Source of the DNA: Myxococcota bacterium
GTDB taxonomy: Bacteria; Myxococcota_A; UBA9160; SZUA-336
Assembly (NCBI GenBank): GCA_965247115.1
Contig: CBDFGR010000003.1
Span: 1,632,001-1,696,000 of the forward strand
Direction of reading: 5' to 3'
DNA: 64,000 bases
Every line of letters begins with the position of its first letter. Positions within the stretch are counted from its first letter, which is position 1. The translations under genes were made by a program, and so were the position numbers. Positions 1 to 10,410 of this stretch are shown here, in pieces. The notes beneath the pieces are model-generated. The model ran no database searches. It was not told the origin of the DNA and saw nothing but the letters and a program-made list of their open reading frames with translations.

Positions 1-780
1 GCCCGTTTCGAGCAGGGTACGTTGCCGGAGCTCGATGTGAACCAGGCCCAGATAGAGCTCGCCGTCGCAGAGGTGGCAGTTGCGAGCTTCGAGCGCCAGG
101 TCGTTCAGACCAATAACGCGCTGCGCACCCTGTTGGGACGCAATCCTGGCCCTGTCCCGCGCGGCCTCGCCCTGGCCCAGCAGGTGTTTCCGCCGGAGGT
201 CCCACCCGGACTTCCCTCGGAGCTGCTCCGACGACGACCCGACGTGGTCGCGGCAGAGGAGCAGCTCATCGCGGAAACCGCTCTCGTCGGTGTCGCCGAG
301 GCACTTCGCTATCCCTCCATCAGGTTGACCGGGAGTCTCGGTGCGATCAGCGACGAGCTGTCCGACCTGGACTCCGACAGAGCTGAGACCTGGAACATCG
401 GCGGCGACTTCCTCTCGCCGATCTTCAACTCCGGCCAGCTCAAGGCCCAGTCCGACGCGCAGCGCTCGCGGACCGAGCAGGCTCTCCGGGAGTACGAGGC
501 GACCCTGCAGCTGGCGTTTCAAGACGTCGAGGATGCGCTCGTGGCCCTCCGGACGTTGCGCCAGGAACACGCTGCTCGGCTGCGGCAGGTCGTGGCCGCT
601 CGCAACGCTGCCAGACTGTCGCGAGCCCGCTATGACGGTGGCGTTGTGGACTACCTGGAGGTGCTGGATTCCGAGAGGAGCCTGTTCGCATCGGAGCTCG
701 ACCAGTCCGCCACTCTCCAGCGGTCGCTCAACGCAGTGGTCCGGCTTTACAAGGCCCTGGGTGGTGGCTGGAGCAACTGA
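1..780 (+). CDS. RND efflux outer membrane protein (TolC/OprM/NodT family), 5' truncated by window edge
   Basis: PSELLRRRPDVVAAE, YEATLQLAFQDVEDAL, RYDGGVVDYLEVLD and terminal LYKALGGGW are typical of NodT/OprM; frame is open from base 1. Confidence 0.92.
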   Translation, partial: ARFEQGTLPELDVNQAQIELAVAEVAVASFERQVVQTNNALRTLLGRNPGPVPRGLALAQQVFPPEVPPGLPSELLRRRPDVVAAEEQLIAETALVGVAEALRYPSIRLTGSLGAISDELSDLDSDRAETWNIGGDFLSPIFNSGQLKAQSDAQRSRTEQALREYEATLQLAFQDVEDALVALRTLRQEHAARLRQVVAARNAARLSRARYDGGVVDYLEVLDSERSLFASELDQSATLQRSLNAVVRLYKALGGGWSN

Positions 781-799
781 TCGCGGAGGGATCGTCGCG

Positions 800-1444
800 A
801 TGACTCCAAGAAGGAACAACTTCTTCTACCTGTTGGTCGGATTGTTGGTCCTTCTGCTGCTCGCCCCGATCGCGTCGGGGCGCTTCGACAAGGCGGTCAA
901 TCTGGCCTACGTCGGAACGCTGATGCTCGGAGTCTGGAGCCTTGCCAGGAATCGATGGGCATACATTGGCGGCTGGGCTCTCGCGTTGCTGAACTTTGCT
1001 GTCTCGGGCGTGGCCTTCAGCGCGGACTCCTCCATGCTGTTCCTCATCGGGAGGATGATCGCCTTTGCCTTCTGTCTGCTCAGCCTGCTCATCGTCTTAG
1101 GTGAAGTGTTGTTCGGGGACTCCGTCGACGCCAACCGGGTTGCGGGCTCCGTGTGCGTCTATCTGCTTCTTGGCTTGAACTGGGCGTTCGTGTACTCCTT
1201 TCTGCATGCGATCGATCCCGCGTCGTTTGTCGGACTCCCTGAAAACCCGGGCCAGCTCTTCCTGAGCCTGCTCTACTACAGCTTCGTCACGCTGACGACG
1301 TTGGGCTACGGCGACATCTCGCCGGCGACGCACGTTGCGCGCGCCCTTGCCTATCTTCAGGCGGTCTCTGGCGTCATGTACGTCGCGATCCTCGTCGCGA
1401 GCCTGGTCGGTTCGTTCAGCCGCGGAGCGAGGCAGCAGGACTAG
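800..1444 (+). CDS. Potassium channel family protein
   Basis: Several TM helices; pore motif YYSFVTLTTLGYGDI with intact GYGD filter; ATG at 800 after GGAGG. Confidence 0.88.
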   Translation: MTPRRNNFFYLLVGLLVLLLLAPIASGRFDKAVNLAYVGTLMLGVWSLARNRWAYIGGWALALLNFAVSGVAFSADSSMLFLIGRMIAFAFCLLSLLIVLGEVLFGDSVDANRVAGSVCVYLLLGLNWAFVYSFLHAIDPASFVGLPENPGQLFLSLLYYSFVTLTTLGYGDISPATHVARALAYLQAVSGVMYVAILVASLVGSFSRGARQQD

Positions 1445-2019
1445 TCGGTGTCGAGTGTTCGCAGCGTTTGGGCGATGGTTCCGGCCAGCTCGCCGAGGAG
1501 CTCGATCTCCGTGTTCACCAGACCGGGATACCCGTCGCCCGCCTGACGCCTCGCCTGCGAGAAGCGTTGACTCTCGACGACGGAGTCCTGTTCAAGATCT
1601 CGAACCGACCAGCGGGCGACCAGGCGCGCCCGCCCGTCGAGCGTGCCGTGGAACTCGTTGATTCTAATGTCGACGCTATAGCGCACGGAGTTGCCCAGGT
1701 CGGGGCCGGGGTGGAGAGCGCGTCCCAACTCCGACGAGATCCGGTCGCGCAGGTAGAACCATGCGCCCTCATCGAGTGGCTCGGCCCACAGGTGGTAGCG
1801 TGCCTCGCGTACGCTGTGCTCGTCTGTCTGAACCACCAGTCCAGCGCGATCGAGGTAAGGGGGAAGGGAGATCCGCCCAAGACCGATCGGCAGTGGATCA
1901 GCCGAGCGCAGCTCCGGCGGTGGCTCCACCCGCAACAGGTAGTAGGCCTGCTCGGGGGGTGCACTTGCACAGCCTACGAGACTGAGCGCGAGTACCAGGC
2001 CGAGGCCCACTCGGGTCAC
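1441..2019 (-). CDS. pqiC: PqiC-family lipoprotein
   Basis: Lipobox SLVGC, LPPYLDR, HLWAEPL; lies downstream of pqiB. Confidence 0.85.
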   Translation of the reverse strand: MTRVGLGLVLALSLVGCASAPPEQAYYLLRVEPPPELRSADPLPIGLGRISLPPYLDRAGLVVQTDEHSVREARYHLWAEPLDEGAWFYLRDRISSELGRALHPGPDLGNSVRYSVDIRINEFHGTLDGRARLVARWSVRDLEQDSVVESQRFSQARRQAGDGYPGLVNTEIELLGELAGTIAQTLRTLDTD

Positions 2020-3611
2020 GGTCTGCCTCTCCGAGGCTCGGGATCGGGCTCGGCCGGTTTCGAGAAGATGATCGAGTTCGGCTTCTCGTCCAGCGTGCGC
2101 AGCAGTCCGTCGGCGCTCTGCAGCGTGCGGTTCAGCTCGGTGATCGTGCGGTACAGGCGATCGTAGGGTGGCGAATCGGGCGAGATCAGCTGCAGGTCTT
2201 GCTGCAGGTCCTCCAGCACAGCTGTAACGGCGGCCGGAAGTTCCTGGAATTCGTCGCTGCCGGTTACCTCGCGCAGATCGTCGAGAATCCGGTTGAGCTC
2301 CCGCACGGTTGCTTCGATCAGCATGTCGTTGAGCTTCTCCAGGAGCGCGGAAACCTGGCGCTCGATCCGTTCGAACCCGCCGGAGATTGTGGGGAGCGTC
2401 GGGTAGCCGGCGAAGGTGCCGATCTCGCCCACTTCTTCCTCGGGGTAGAAGTCGATTGCGACCAGGAGGGCTCCCGTGAGCAGGTTGGCTGATTCGAGGC
2501 TTGCCCGCATTCTCCCCCGGGCACCCCTGTCGATGATCTGTCGCATCTGCTCGGCCCCTTCGGCCGTATCGTCGAGCCCAAGGCGCCCGGGCTCGATGCT
2601 GATCAATACTGGGATCGGCTGCGCAGTACTACCCCGAAGATTCGCCTCTATGACAGGCGCGATCAGGACTGGGCCGACCGAGCCGACGCGAATCCCCCGG
2701 TACTCCACGGGCGCGCCCGGCACCAGGCCGCGGACCGACTGCGTGAACAAGACCACGAACTCCAGGGAGTGCTCGTACGACAGCTCGGTTGCGCTCTGCC
2801 GGTCCCGATGGAGCACGAACTCCGCGCCGGACTCGACGGGTCCCTTTGGGGACACTCCCTTTGGGACCCCAAACGCGACGCCACCGATGAGCAGAGCCTG
2901 GAGCGACTCGACGTCCACTAGCAAGCCGCCTGCCCCGGTGCGCACCACGATGCCGCCGGCGTCCCAGAACCGGGTCGCGCCGTTCACGAATGCGTCGTAG
3001 GGCGCCTCGATGAACACGCCGTGGCGCACGCTTCCAGTGTCCGTTTCGAACGTAGTGCTCTCGACTCTTCCCACGCGAAAGCCGTTGTAAAGCACGGGCT
3101 GGCCGGGGCTCACGACGCCGGCGCGTTTGCTGACCAGGACAAGGCCCAGTCCCGGTGTCCCGACGGCCGTTACGGGAACATCGTCGAGGCCGACGAAGTC
3201 GCGGCGGGTGCTCGGCGCTCCGGAGCCCGGCTCCAGCTCGATGTATGCGCCCGATAGGAGCGTGTTCAGGCCGGAGATGCCGCCCGCGCCGAAACGGGGA
3301 CGTACGACCCAGAAGCGCGTGTCGTCCCGCAGCAGCGACGTGTTCTCGCGCTCGAGCCTCGCGACGACGCTGACGCTGTCGAGATCCTCGTTGAGCGTCA
3401 CTTCCTCGACGAGCCCTACTTCGACGCTGCGGGAGCTAAGCTTGGTTCTGCCCGCCTCGATCCCCTGCGCAGTCGAGAAGGTGATCGTGATCGCGGGGCC
3501 CTCGTTCATGACGGTGTAGATCACCATATAGATGCCGAGCACAACGGCCACGGCCGGTACCAGCCAGATGACGGGAAGGCGGCGGCGGCTCGAGACTTCG
3601 GCCTCAGTCAT
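2016..3611 (-). CDS. pqiB: Intermembrane transport protein PqiB (MCE domains)
   Basis: IWLVP TM segment, TRFWVVRPR, TLLSGAYIEL, SVRGLVPGAPVEYRGIRVG, C-terminal KPNSIIF. Confidence 0.93.
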   Translation of the reverse strand: MTEAEVSSRRRLPVIWLVPAVAVVLGIYMVIYTVMNEGPAITITFSTAQGIEAGRTKLSSRSVEVGLVEEVTLNEDLDSVSVVARLERENTSLLRDDTRFWVVRPRFGAGGISGLNTLLSGAYIELEPGSGAPSTRRDFVGLDDVPVTAVGTPGLGLVLVSKRAGVVSPGQPVLYNGFRVGRVESTTFETDTGSVRHGVFIEAPYDAFVNGATRFWDAGGIVVRTGAGGLLVDVESLQALLIGGVAFGVPKGVSPKGPVESGAEFVLHRDRQSATELSYEHSLEFVVLFTQSVRGLVPGAPVEYRGIRVGSVGPVLIAPVIEANLRGSTAQPIPVLISIEPGRLGLDDTAEGAEQMRQIIDRGARGRMRASLESANLLTGALLVAIDFYPEEEVGEIGTFAGYPTLPTISGGFERIERQVSALLEKLNDMLIEATVRELNRILDDLREVTGSDEFQELPAAVTAVLEDLQQDLQLISPDSPPYDRLYRTITELNRTLQSADGLLRTLDEKPNSIIFSKPAEPDPEPRRGRP

Positions 3612-4227
3612 TCTCTACTCCAAGGCGATCCCAGATCAGGCGCGGGTCAAAGCTCTCCGCGGCGAGCATGGTGATGATTACCACTCCGGAGAACGCGAGC
3701 GCTGCAGCGCCTGGGAGGATGACCAGCAGGCCTCCGAGCTGGATCAACGCCACCAGGATCGCCACTACAAACACATCGATCATCGACCAGCGTCCCACGA
3801 ACTCCGTCGCGCGATAAAGGACGGCGCGCTCGCGTGGTTGTGCCTGGTGGCTCCTGTTCACGGACCAGCACAGCAGCCCCAACGCGAACATCTTGCTCAT
3901 AGGCACCATGACGCTAGCGATGAAGATCACCGCGGCGATCGGGTACGAGCCGTGGTGCCAGAGTAGGACGACGCCGCCCAGTATCGTGCTGTCGATCGCC
4001 CGACCCAGCTGCTCCGTCGTCATGATCGGGAGCACGTTCGCGGGGATGTAGAGAATCGCCGCCGTGACTCCCAGCGCGGCGGTACGCGCCAGGCTGTTGG
4101 TCATTCGGAGGTGGAGCGCGGCGCCGCAGCGAGGGCAACGTTTTGTCGCCGCGGGAGTGACCTTGCAGCAGGTGTGGCAGGTCGCCAGCCCGTGTGCCGC
4201 TGCCGTCTCGGGAGCGAAGCTGGTCAT
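3604..4227 (-). CDS. pqiA: Paraquat-inducible protein A (C-terminal-type half)
   Basis: CHTC...CPRCG, LYIPANVLPIM, GRWSMIDVFVVAILVAL, FDPRLIWD; ATG at 4227 overlaps the upstream stop. Confidence 0.9.
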   Translation of the reverse strand: MTSFAPETAAAHGLATCHTCCKVTPAATKRCPRCGAALHLRMTNSLARTAALGVTAAILYIPANVLPIMTTEQLGRAIDSTILGGVVLLWHHGSYPIAAVIFIASVMVPMSKMFALGLLCWSVNRSHQAQPRERAVLYRATEFVGRWSMIDVFVVAILVALIQLGGLLVILPGAAALAFSGVVIITMLAAESFDPRLIWDRLGVEND

Positions 4228-4838
4228 CTGGCGGACACCCGCTCGATCGAGTCCCAGACGTACATACGGTCCAGGCTCGAGCCCATCGCCGTGAAGCAGA
4301 GGGAAAAGGCGGCGTACGACCAGAAGGAGATGCCCAGCCCGATGTCTGCCATGGCCGCTAGCTTGACCAGGCTCACGATCACTCCGATGATGAACACCTC
4401 GACCATCGTCCACGGAGCGAGGGCGAAGGCGACTCTTCCGGCAGGTACGAGCCAGGGTACTGCGCGGCCGCGGATGAGCGGTACGAGCAACGCCACCACT
4501 GCACCCAACATTGCAGCTGGAAGCACGATGATGAACCCGAGGATGAGCAGCGCCACGAGCTCGCCTCCGTTGCGGTACACCTCGATCACGCTCATGGCCA
4601 AAGTGATGGAGTTCTCGAACCCGCCAGCCCTCATGGACATGAATGGGAACGCCAGCGCGACCGCGAGAAACAGGGCCGCGCTGACCGCGAAGGCCAGGGA
4701 GCGCAGAAGTCCGTCGTGTGGGTTGCTTGTCAGGGCGTGTCCACAGCGCGGGCAGGCAGCGCGCTCCCCCTCAGCGAGAGCTGGCGAAGGCAGCAGCAGG
4801 TCACACTCGAGACAGGCGATCCGGGGGGAGGCCACCAT
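4224..4838 (-). CDS. pqiA: Paraquat-inducible protein A (N-terminal-type half)
   Basis: ACLECDLL...CPRCG, PWTMVEVFIIGVIVSLVKL. Confidence 0.88.
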   Translation of the reverse strand: MVASPRIACLECDLLLPSPALAEGERAACPRCGHALTSNPHDGLLRSLAFAVSAALFLAVALAFPFMSMRAGGFENSITLAMSVIEVYRNGGELVALLILGFIIVLPAAMLGAVVALLVPLIRGRAVPWLVPAGRVAFALAPWTMVEVFIIGVIVSLVKLAAMADIGLGISFWSYAAFSLCFTAMGSSLDRMYVWDSIERVSAR

Positions 4839-4864
4839 GAATGCTCAAGTATACCTGCAACCGG

Positions 4865-5401
4865 CTAGAGTTGGTGGGTACGCAAAGCTCTGTCGATGGC
4901 CGCCTCGATGAAGTCCGTTTTGGCCTCGGTATAGGAGTCGATTTCGTCGAAGCGATGACGCTCCGCAAGCTCGCACTTCAGCTCGTAGTACTTCCTGGCG
5001 ACATCGGAGTGGAGGCGCAAGTAGTCTCGGAACAGCAAGTGGTGCTCCCAGAAATCGCTGGTCCGCTCGACCGTGTGCAGGTGGAAGCGTTGGGGTGGCG
5101 TCCGCGGCCTCCGAAAGTAGCGGCGCTCCGGCATGTGGTCCTCGTACTCGGGGACGTACCCGTAGCCCAGCTGCTCGATCTGGCGGATCCGGGCCTCGAC
5201 ATCTGTCAAGCGCTCCACTCCCAGCATCATGTCCACGATGGGCTTCGCGCCGAGTCCGGGAACGGCCGTACTGCCGACGTGCTCGATCACGACCGGCACG
5301 TCGCAGAAGACCCGCTCCAGCGAACGCCGCTCTTCTTCGAACTGGATCGGCCAGCGCGGATCGTAGCGGGCGATCTGGATGGAGTGACCGTGCGACGCCA
5401 C
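4865..5401 (-). CDS. GrpB family protein
   Basis: YDPRWP, IEHVGSTAVPGLGAKPIVD, HLLFRDYLR, YTEAKTDFI; GTG start at 5401 inferred. Confidence 0.88.
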   Translation of the reverse strand: MASHGHSIQIARYDPRWPIQFEEERRSLERVFCDVPVVIEHVGSTAVPGLGAKPIVDMMLGVERLTDVEARIRQIEQLGYGYVPEYEDHMPERRYFRRPRTPPQRFHLHTVERTSDFWEHHLLFRDYLRLHSDVARKYYELKCELAERHRFDEIDSYTEAKTDFIEAAIDRALRTHQL

Positions 5402-5441
5402 GCGCTCACCATAGCAGCCGCTGCACCGATACAATGTGCCG

Positions 5442-6029
5442 ATGGCGGACGCGGCGATTGTCCTGTGTGGCGGCCGCTCGAGGCGCATGGCCCGGGACAA
5501 GGCGAGCCTGCCCTTTGGGAGAGAAACGCTGCTCGAGCGCGTCGTCCGGATCGTCTCGGAGGTCGTGGACGAGGTGTGGGTGGTCGCGCGGGCTGGCCAG
5601 GAAATCCCGGGGGACTTCCGGATCGCGCGCGACCCGGAGGAGGGGCTCGGACCGCTGGCCGGCCTGGCTGCCGGCCTCGAGGCCATCGACGCAGAGCGCG
5701 CGTTCCTGACCTCGTGCGACGTGCCATTGCTCCGATCTGCATACGTCCGCCGGCTGCTCGAGCTCTCGGCCGGGTATGCGATCGCGGTTCCCCTCGTCGG
5801 GGGTCACCACATGGTGACCTCTGCCGTCTACTCGCGTGAGGTCTTACCCGTCGCGAGAGAGCTCCTCGCCGAGCGCCGACTGCGCCCTCTCTACCTGGTG
5901 GAGGCCTTCGACGCCAGGCTCGTGACCGAGGAGGAGCTGCGCGACGTGGACCCGGAGCTCGAGAGCCTTCGCGACTGCAACACGCCCGAGGCCTACCAGG
6001 AGGCGCTGCGAACGGCGGGCCTGGGCTGA
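5442..6029 (+). CDS. mobA: Molybdenum cofactor guanylyltransferase
   Basis: IVLCGGRSRRMARDKASL, GPLAGLAAGL, SCDVP, CNTPE. Confidence 0.9.
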   Translation: MADAAIVLCGGRSRRMARDKASLPFGRETLLERVVRIVSEVVDEVWVVARAGQEIPGDFRIARDPEEGLGPLAGLAAGLEAIDAERAFLTSCDVPLLRSAYVRRLLELSAGYAIAVPLVGGHHMVTSAVYSREVLPVARELLAERRLRPLYLVEAFDARLVTEEELRDVDPELESLRDCNTPEAYQEALRTAGLG

Positions 6030-6067
6030 GCGCTTATAATCATCCTGCGGGAGTATTGGGAGCGTTC

Positions 6068-7627
6068 ATGAATCCGATCGAGGAGCTCTACGCGCTGCAG
6101 GAGACCACGGGGTACCTCTCCGAGGAAGACCTGCGCGCGCTGAGCAAGAAGCTCGGAGTCCCGCTCTACGAGCTCGAGGGGATCTCGAGCTTCTATCCTC
6201 ACTTTCGCCGCACGCCGCCACCACCCTATCGGGTGAGCGCCTGCCGCGATCTGGCCTGTCACCTGCGCGACGGCGATCGGGTGCTCGCGAAGCTCGCGTC
6301 GCTGTGCGAGCGACGGGACGACGTCGAGTTCGAGGAGATCTCCTGCCCCGGGCTGTGCGACCGCGCACCCGCGTGTCTGCTCAATGACCTACCGATAGCA
6401 CCCGACGAGGTGGAGGAGCAGCTGGCGGCCCCGCCCATCTCGTTCGATGCCCAACCCGCTGGCCCGCAGCGGCGCTGGCAGAGCGACCCGTATGCGGTCC
6501 CCGAAGAGCACTACGGCGAGCTCAGGAAGCGGGTCGAGTCCCGCGACTTCGACGGCGTGATCGCACGGGTCAGCGAATCGGGTCTGCGGGGACTCGGGGG
6601 AGCCGGCTTTCCCACCGGACGCAAGTGGGAGATGGTTCGGAGCGCGTCGGCGGCGCCAAAGTACGTGATCGGAAACGCTGATGAGAGCGAGCCGGGAGCG
6701 TTCAAGGACCGCGTGATCCTCGAGGAGCTGCCACACCTCGTGATCGAGGGCATGGCGCTCGCAGGCCTGGCGGTGGGTGCGGAGCAGGGCTGGATCTACA
6801 TCCGCCACGAGTACCAGGGTCCCTGCGCCGCTCTTCGACGCGCGATCGACTCGGCCTACGAGCGAGGTGTGCTCGGGGAGAGCGTGTGCGGCTCGGAGCT
6901 CCGCTTCGACCTGCAAATCTTCGTCTCGCCGGGCGGCTACATCCTCGGTGACGAGACGGCCCTGCTCGAGGCGCTGGAGGGTCGGCGCGGCGAGCCGCGC
7001 AACAAGCCCCCGTTTCCCGGTGTTGCTGGGTTCCACGGCAAGCCCACGCTGATCAACAACGTGGAGACCCTTGCGCACGTGCCGAGGATCCTCCGCACGG
7101 GGAGGGCGGACCTCAAGTTCTTCAGCGTGAGTGGAGACGTGAACGAGCCGGGTGTCGTCGAGGCTCCGCTCGGAATCCGGCTACAAGAGCTCATCGAACG
7201 CTCGGGCGGAATGCGTGCCGGCAAGCAGCTTCTTGCCTTCCTGCCGGGGGGGGCCAGCACGGGCTTCCTCCCTGGCACTCGCGCCGATGTGTGTATGGAC
7301 TGGGAGCCGCTGCGGGAGGCTGGCTCTGCGCTCGGTGCCGGGGCGGTCGTGATCGTCGGAACCGGAGCCGATCTTCTCGAGCTCGGGCGCAACCTCACTG
7401 CCTTCTTTCGCAACGAGTCGTGTGGCAAGTGCGTACCGTGCCGAATCGGCACGGAGAAGGCAGTCGTGCTGATCGAGCAGCGACGCGAGGAGACGCTCGC
7501 GCTCCTGCCGGAGCTCGACCTCGCGCTGCGCGAGACCTCGCTCTGCGGGCTGGGTCAGGTGGCGCTGACACCCGTCCTGAGCATCTTGGAGCACTTCCCT
7601 GAGGCCGGGCGCGGGACGAGCGGATGA
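6068..7627 (+). CDS. NAD-dependent formate dehydrogenase beta subunit (NuoE-NuoF fusion)
   Basis: NuoE-like 2Fe-2S (SFYPHF, CRDLAC, CPGLCDRAP) fused to NuoF (GLRGLGGAGFPTG, NADESEPG, ESCGKCVPCRIG, SLCGLG). Confidence 0.88.
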   Translation: MNPIEELYALQETTGYLSEEDLRALSKKLGVPLYELEGISSFYPHFRRTPPPPYRVSACRDLACHLRDGDRVLAKLASLCERRDDVEFEEISCPGLCDRAPACLLNDLPIAPDEVEEQLAAPPISFDAQPAGPQRRWQSDPYAVPEEHYGELRKRVESRDFDGVIARVSESGLRGLGGAGFPTGRKWEMVRSASAAPKYVIGNADESEPGAFKDRVILEELPHLVIEGMALAGLAVGAEQGWIYIRHEYQGPCAALRRAIDSAYERGVLGESVCGSELRFDLQIFVSPGGYILGDETALLEALEGRRGEPRNKPPFPGVAGFHGKPTLINNVETLAHVPRILRTGRADLKFFSVSGDVNEPGVVEAPLGIRLQELIERSGGMRAGKQLLAFLPGGASTGFLPGTRADVCMDWEPLREAGSALGAGAVVIVGTGADLLELGRNLTAFFRNESCGKCVPCRIGTEKAVVLIEQRREETLALLPELDLALRETSLCGLGQVALTPVLSILEHFPEAGRGTSG

Positions 7628-10410
7628 GCGTCAGCCTGCAGATCGATGGGCGGGAAGTCACGGTCCCCGAGGGATCCACGATCTGGGAGGCGGCCCGGCA
7701 GGCCGACATCGAAATCCCCACCCTGTGCCACGACCCCGGTCTCCGGCCTGTCGGCGTGTGCAGGATGTGCGTCGTAGAAGTCGAGGGGTCGCGCGTGATG
7801 GCCGCCTCCTGTGTGCGCGAGGTCGAGCCGGAGATGGTCGTCAGGACCGCGAGTGAGAAGGTCGAGCGCTGCCGCGGCGTGCTGACCGAGCTCTTGATGT
7901 CCGAGCAGCCCGAGGAGTCTCCAAAGGAGAGCACCACGGCGGACGACCAGCTCTTTGCTCTCGCGCGACGGTACGGCGTGGGGCAACGGCTGCCGCGCGG
8001 GAACTCGCGACCGCTCGACGGCTCGTCCAAGGTAATCGACGTCGACCACCAGGCTTGCATTCTGTGCGATCGTTGCATACGCGCCTGTGACGAGGTCCAG
8101 CACAACGACGTGATCGGACGCACAGGCAAGGGCTACACCGCGCGCATCTCCTTCGACCTCGACCAGGAAATGGGCCAGTCCAGCTGCGTGAGCTGCGGGG
8201 AGTGCGTGGCTGCATGTCCCACGGGAGCGCTCACCAACAAGGCCGTCTCTGCCCCGCTCCGCCCTCGCACCGAGCTCGAGTCGGTCGACACGGTCTGCCC
8301 TTATTGTGGGGTGGGCTGCGCGCTGACGTATCACGTCGAGCGGGAGCAGAACCGGGTGGTCTTTGCCGAGGGGAGGGAGAGCCCTGGCAACCAGGGCCGT
8401 CTGTGCGTCAAGGGGCGCTACGGCTTCGACTACGTCTCACACCCGCACCGGCTGACCGTTCCGTTGATCCGCGTCGACTACCCCAAGCGCGCCCTCTCCT
8501 CTGAGGTCGAGAGCTCCGAGCGCCGCCGCAGGAAGCCGGGTGGAGTCGTCGACTACGACGAGGTGCTGCCGGCCTTCCGCGAAGCGAGCTGGGACGAGGC
8601 TCTCGATCTGGTGGCGACGCGCCTCCTCGAGATTCGGGAGCGTTCCGGGAGCGAGGTGCTCGCCGGTTTTGGCTCAGCCAAGTGCAGCAACGAGGAGGCC
8701 TACCTCTTCCAAAAGCTCGTGAGAGCGGTCTTCGGCACGAACAACGTCGATCACTGCACGCGACTGTGTCACGCCTCGTCTGTCGCCGCTCTTCTCCAGA
8801 TGATCGGCTCTGCCGCGGTGACCACCACGTACGGGGACATCCGCAATTCAGACGTCGCACTGATCACCGGTACGAACACCACAGAGAATCACCCCGTCGC
8901 AGCGACATTCTTCAAGGACGCTGCGCGCAAGGGAACCCGCCTCATCGTCGTCGATCCTCGCCGGAGCGGAATCTCGGATCACGCGTGGCGCTTCTGTCAG
9001 ATCCGCTCGGGCACCGATGTCGCCTTCTACAACGGACTGATGAACATCATCATCGAGGAAGGACTGACGGACGAGTCCTACATCGCCAATCGCACGACGG
9101 GCTTCGCAGAGCTCGCGCAAACGGTCAAGACGTACACGCCGGAGCGAGTGAGCGGCATCTGTGGCGTACCCGTGGAGCTGCTGCGCGAGGTGGCGATCAC
9201 CTACGGCAAGGCGAGGGCAGCGATCACGTTCTGGGGCATGGGGATGAGCCAGCACGTGCACGGCACCGACAACTGCCGCTGCCTGATCTCTCTCGCGCTG
9301 ATTACCGGCAACGTCGGCCGTTCCGGGGCGGGGCTCCACCCTCTGCGGGGTCAGAACAACGTACAGGGCGCCTCTGACGCTGGCCTGATCCCGATGAGCT
9401 ACCCGGGCTATCAGCCCGTCACATCCGAGCCGGTGCGCGCGAAGTTTGAGGCCGGATGGGGCACCCCGCTGGATCCCCGAACCGGTCTCACCTCGGTAGA
9501 GATCATCGAGGGAGCGCGGGACGGGATCATCAAGGGCATGTACATGCTCGGTGAGAATCCCTTCCTATCGGAGCCGAACACCAACGAGGTACGCAAGGGC
9601 CTCACGAACCTGGAGTTCCTGGCCGTTCAGGACATCTTCCTCACCGAGACGGCGGAGTTCGCGGACGTGGTGCTACCTGCGACCTCAGCGCTCGAGAAGA
9701 CGGGAACCTATACGAACACCGACCGGCGCGTGCAGATCGGCCGACCCGCCCTCGAACCTCCCGGCGAGGCCCGCCTCGACTGGGAGATCATCTGCGAGAT
9801 CTCCACCCGCATGGGCTACCCCATGCACTATGCAGATGCGTCCGAGATCTTCGACGAAATCGTCTCGGTGACCGACTCTCACCGCGGCCTCTCTTACGAG
9901 AAGCTCGGCAGCACGGGCAAGCTCTACCCTTGCCCGAATCCGGACGAGTCGGATGGAACGGTCGTGATGTTCGGCGATGGCTTCCCGACCGAGGATGGCC
10001 GCGCACGATTCGTCGCCGCGGAGCACTCCGGCGCAGACGAGCTGCCCGATACGGAGTACCCCTTCATCCTGGTGACCGGACGCGTTCTCGAACACTGGCA
10101 TACGGGTGTGATGACCCGTCGCTCGCGCGCGCTGTCTGCCATCCAGCCAGAATCCTTCGTCGAGGTCCACCCCGAGGACTGCGCGAAGCTCGGCTTGGAC
10201 GACGCCGACTTTGTACGCGTTCGCTCGCGCCGCGGCGAGGTATCCCTGCAGGTGCGCAGGGGAACCAGGACCCAGCCCGGCTCGGTCTTCATCCCCTTCC
10301 ACTACCGCGAGGCGGCCGCCAACGTGCTCACCACAGACAAGCTCGACCCCGACGGCAAGATCCCCGAGTTCAAGTTCTGCGCGGTGCAGCTCGAGCCGGC
10401 CGAGCTCTGA
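7624..10410 (+). CDS. fdhA: Formate dehydrogenase alpha subunit (Mo/W-bis-PGD, Cys ligand)
   Basis: N-terminal 2Fe-2S and two 4Fe-4S motifs, CPYCGVGC, NNVDHCTRLCH, PLRGQNNVQG, terminal IPEFKFCAV. Confidence 0.93.
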   Translation: MSVSLQIDGREVTVPEGSTIWEAARQADIEIPTLCHDPGLRPVGVCRMCVVEVEGSRVMAASCVREVEPEMVVRTASEKVERCRGVLTELLMSEQPEESPKESTTADDQLFALARRYGVGQRLPRGNSRPLDGSSKVIDVDHQACILCDRCIRACDEVQHNDVIGRTGKGYTARISFDLDQEMGQSSCVSCGECVAACPTGALTNKAVSAPLRPRTELESVDTVCPYCGVGCALTYHVEREQNRVVFAEGRESPGNQGRLCVKGRYGFDYVSHPHRLTVPLIRVDYPKRALSSEVESSERRRRKPGGVVDYDEVLPAFREASWDEALDLVATRLLEIRERSGSEVLAGFGSAKCSNEEAYLFQKLVRAVFGTNNVDHCTRLCHASSVAALLQMIGSAAVTTTYGDIRNSDVALITGTNTTENHPVAATFFKDAARKGTRLIVVDPRRSGISDHAWRFCQIRSGTDVAFYNGLMNIIIEEGLTDESYIANRTTGFAELAQTVKTYTPERVSGICGVPVELLREVAITYGKARAAITFWGMGMSQHVHGTDNCRCLISLALITGNVGRSGAGLHPLRGQNNVQGASDAGLIPMSYPGYQPVTSEPVRAKFEAGWGTPLDPRTGLTSVEIIEGARDGIIKGMYMLGENPFLSEPNTNEVRKGLTNLEFLAVQDIFLTETAEFADVVLPATSALEKTGTYTNTDRRVQIGRPALEPPGEARLDWEIICEISTRMGYPMHYADASEIFDEIVSVTDSHRGLSYEKLGSTGKLYPCPNPDESDGTVVMFGDGFPTEDGRARFVAAEHSGADELPDTEYPFILVTGRVLEHWHTGVMTRRSRALSAIQPESFVEVHPEDCAKLGLDDADFVRVRSRRGEVSLQVRRGTRTQPGSVFIPFHYREAAANVLTTDKLDPDGKIPEFKFCAVQLEPAEL

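Noticed and set aside
8740..8790. Selenocysteine in the FDH active site, given the adjacent yqeC
   Set aside because: The codon is TGT (RLCH); there is no in-frame TGA.
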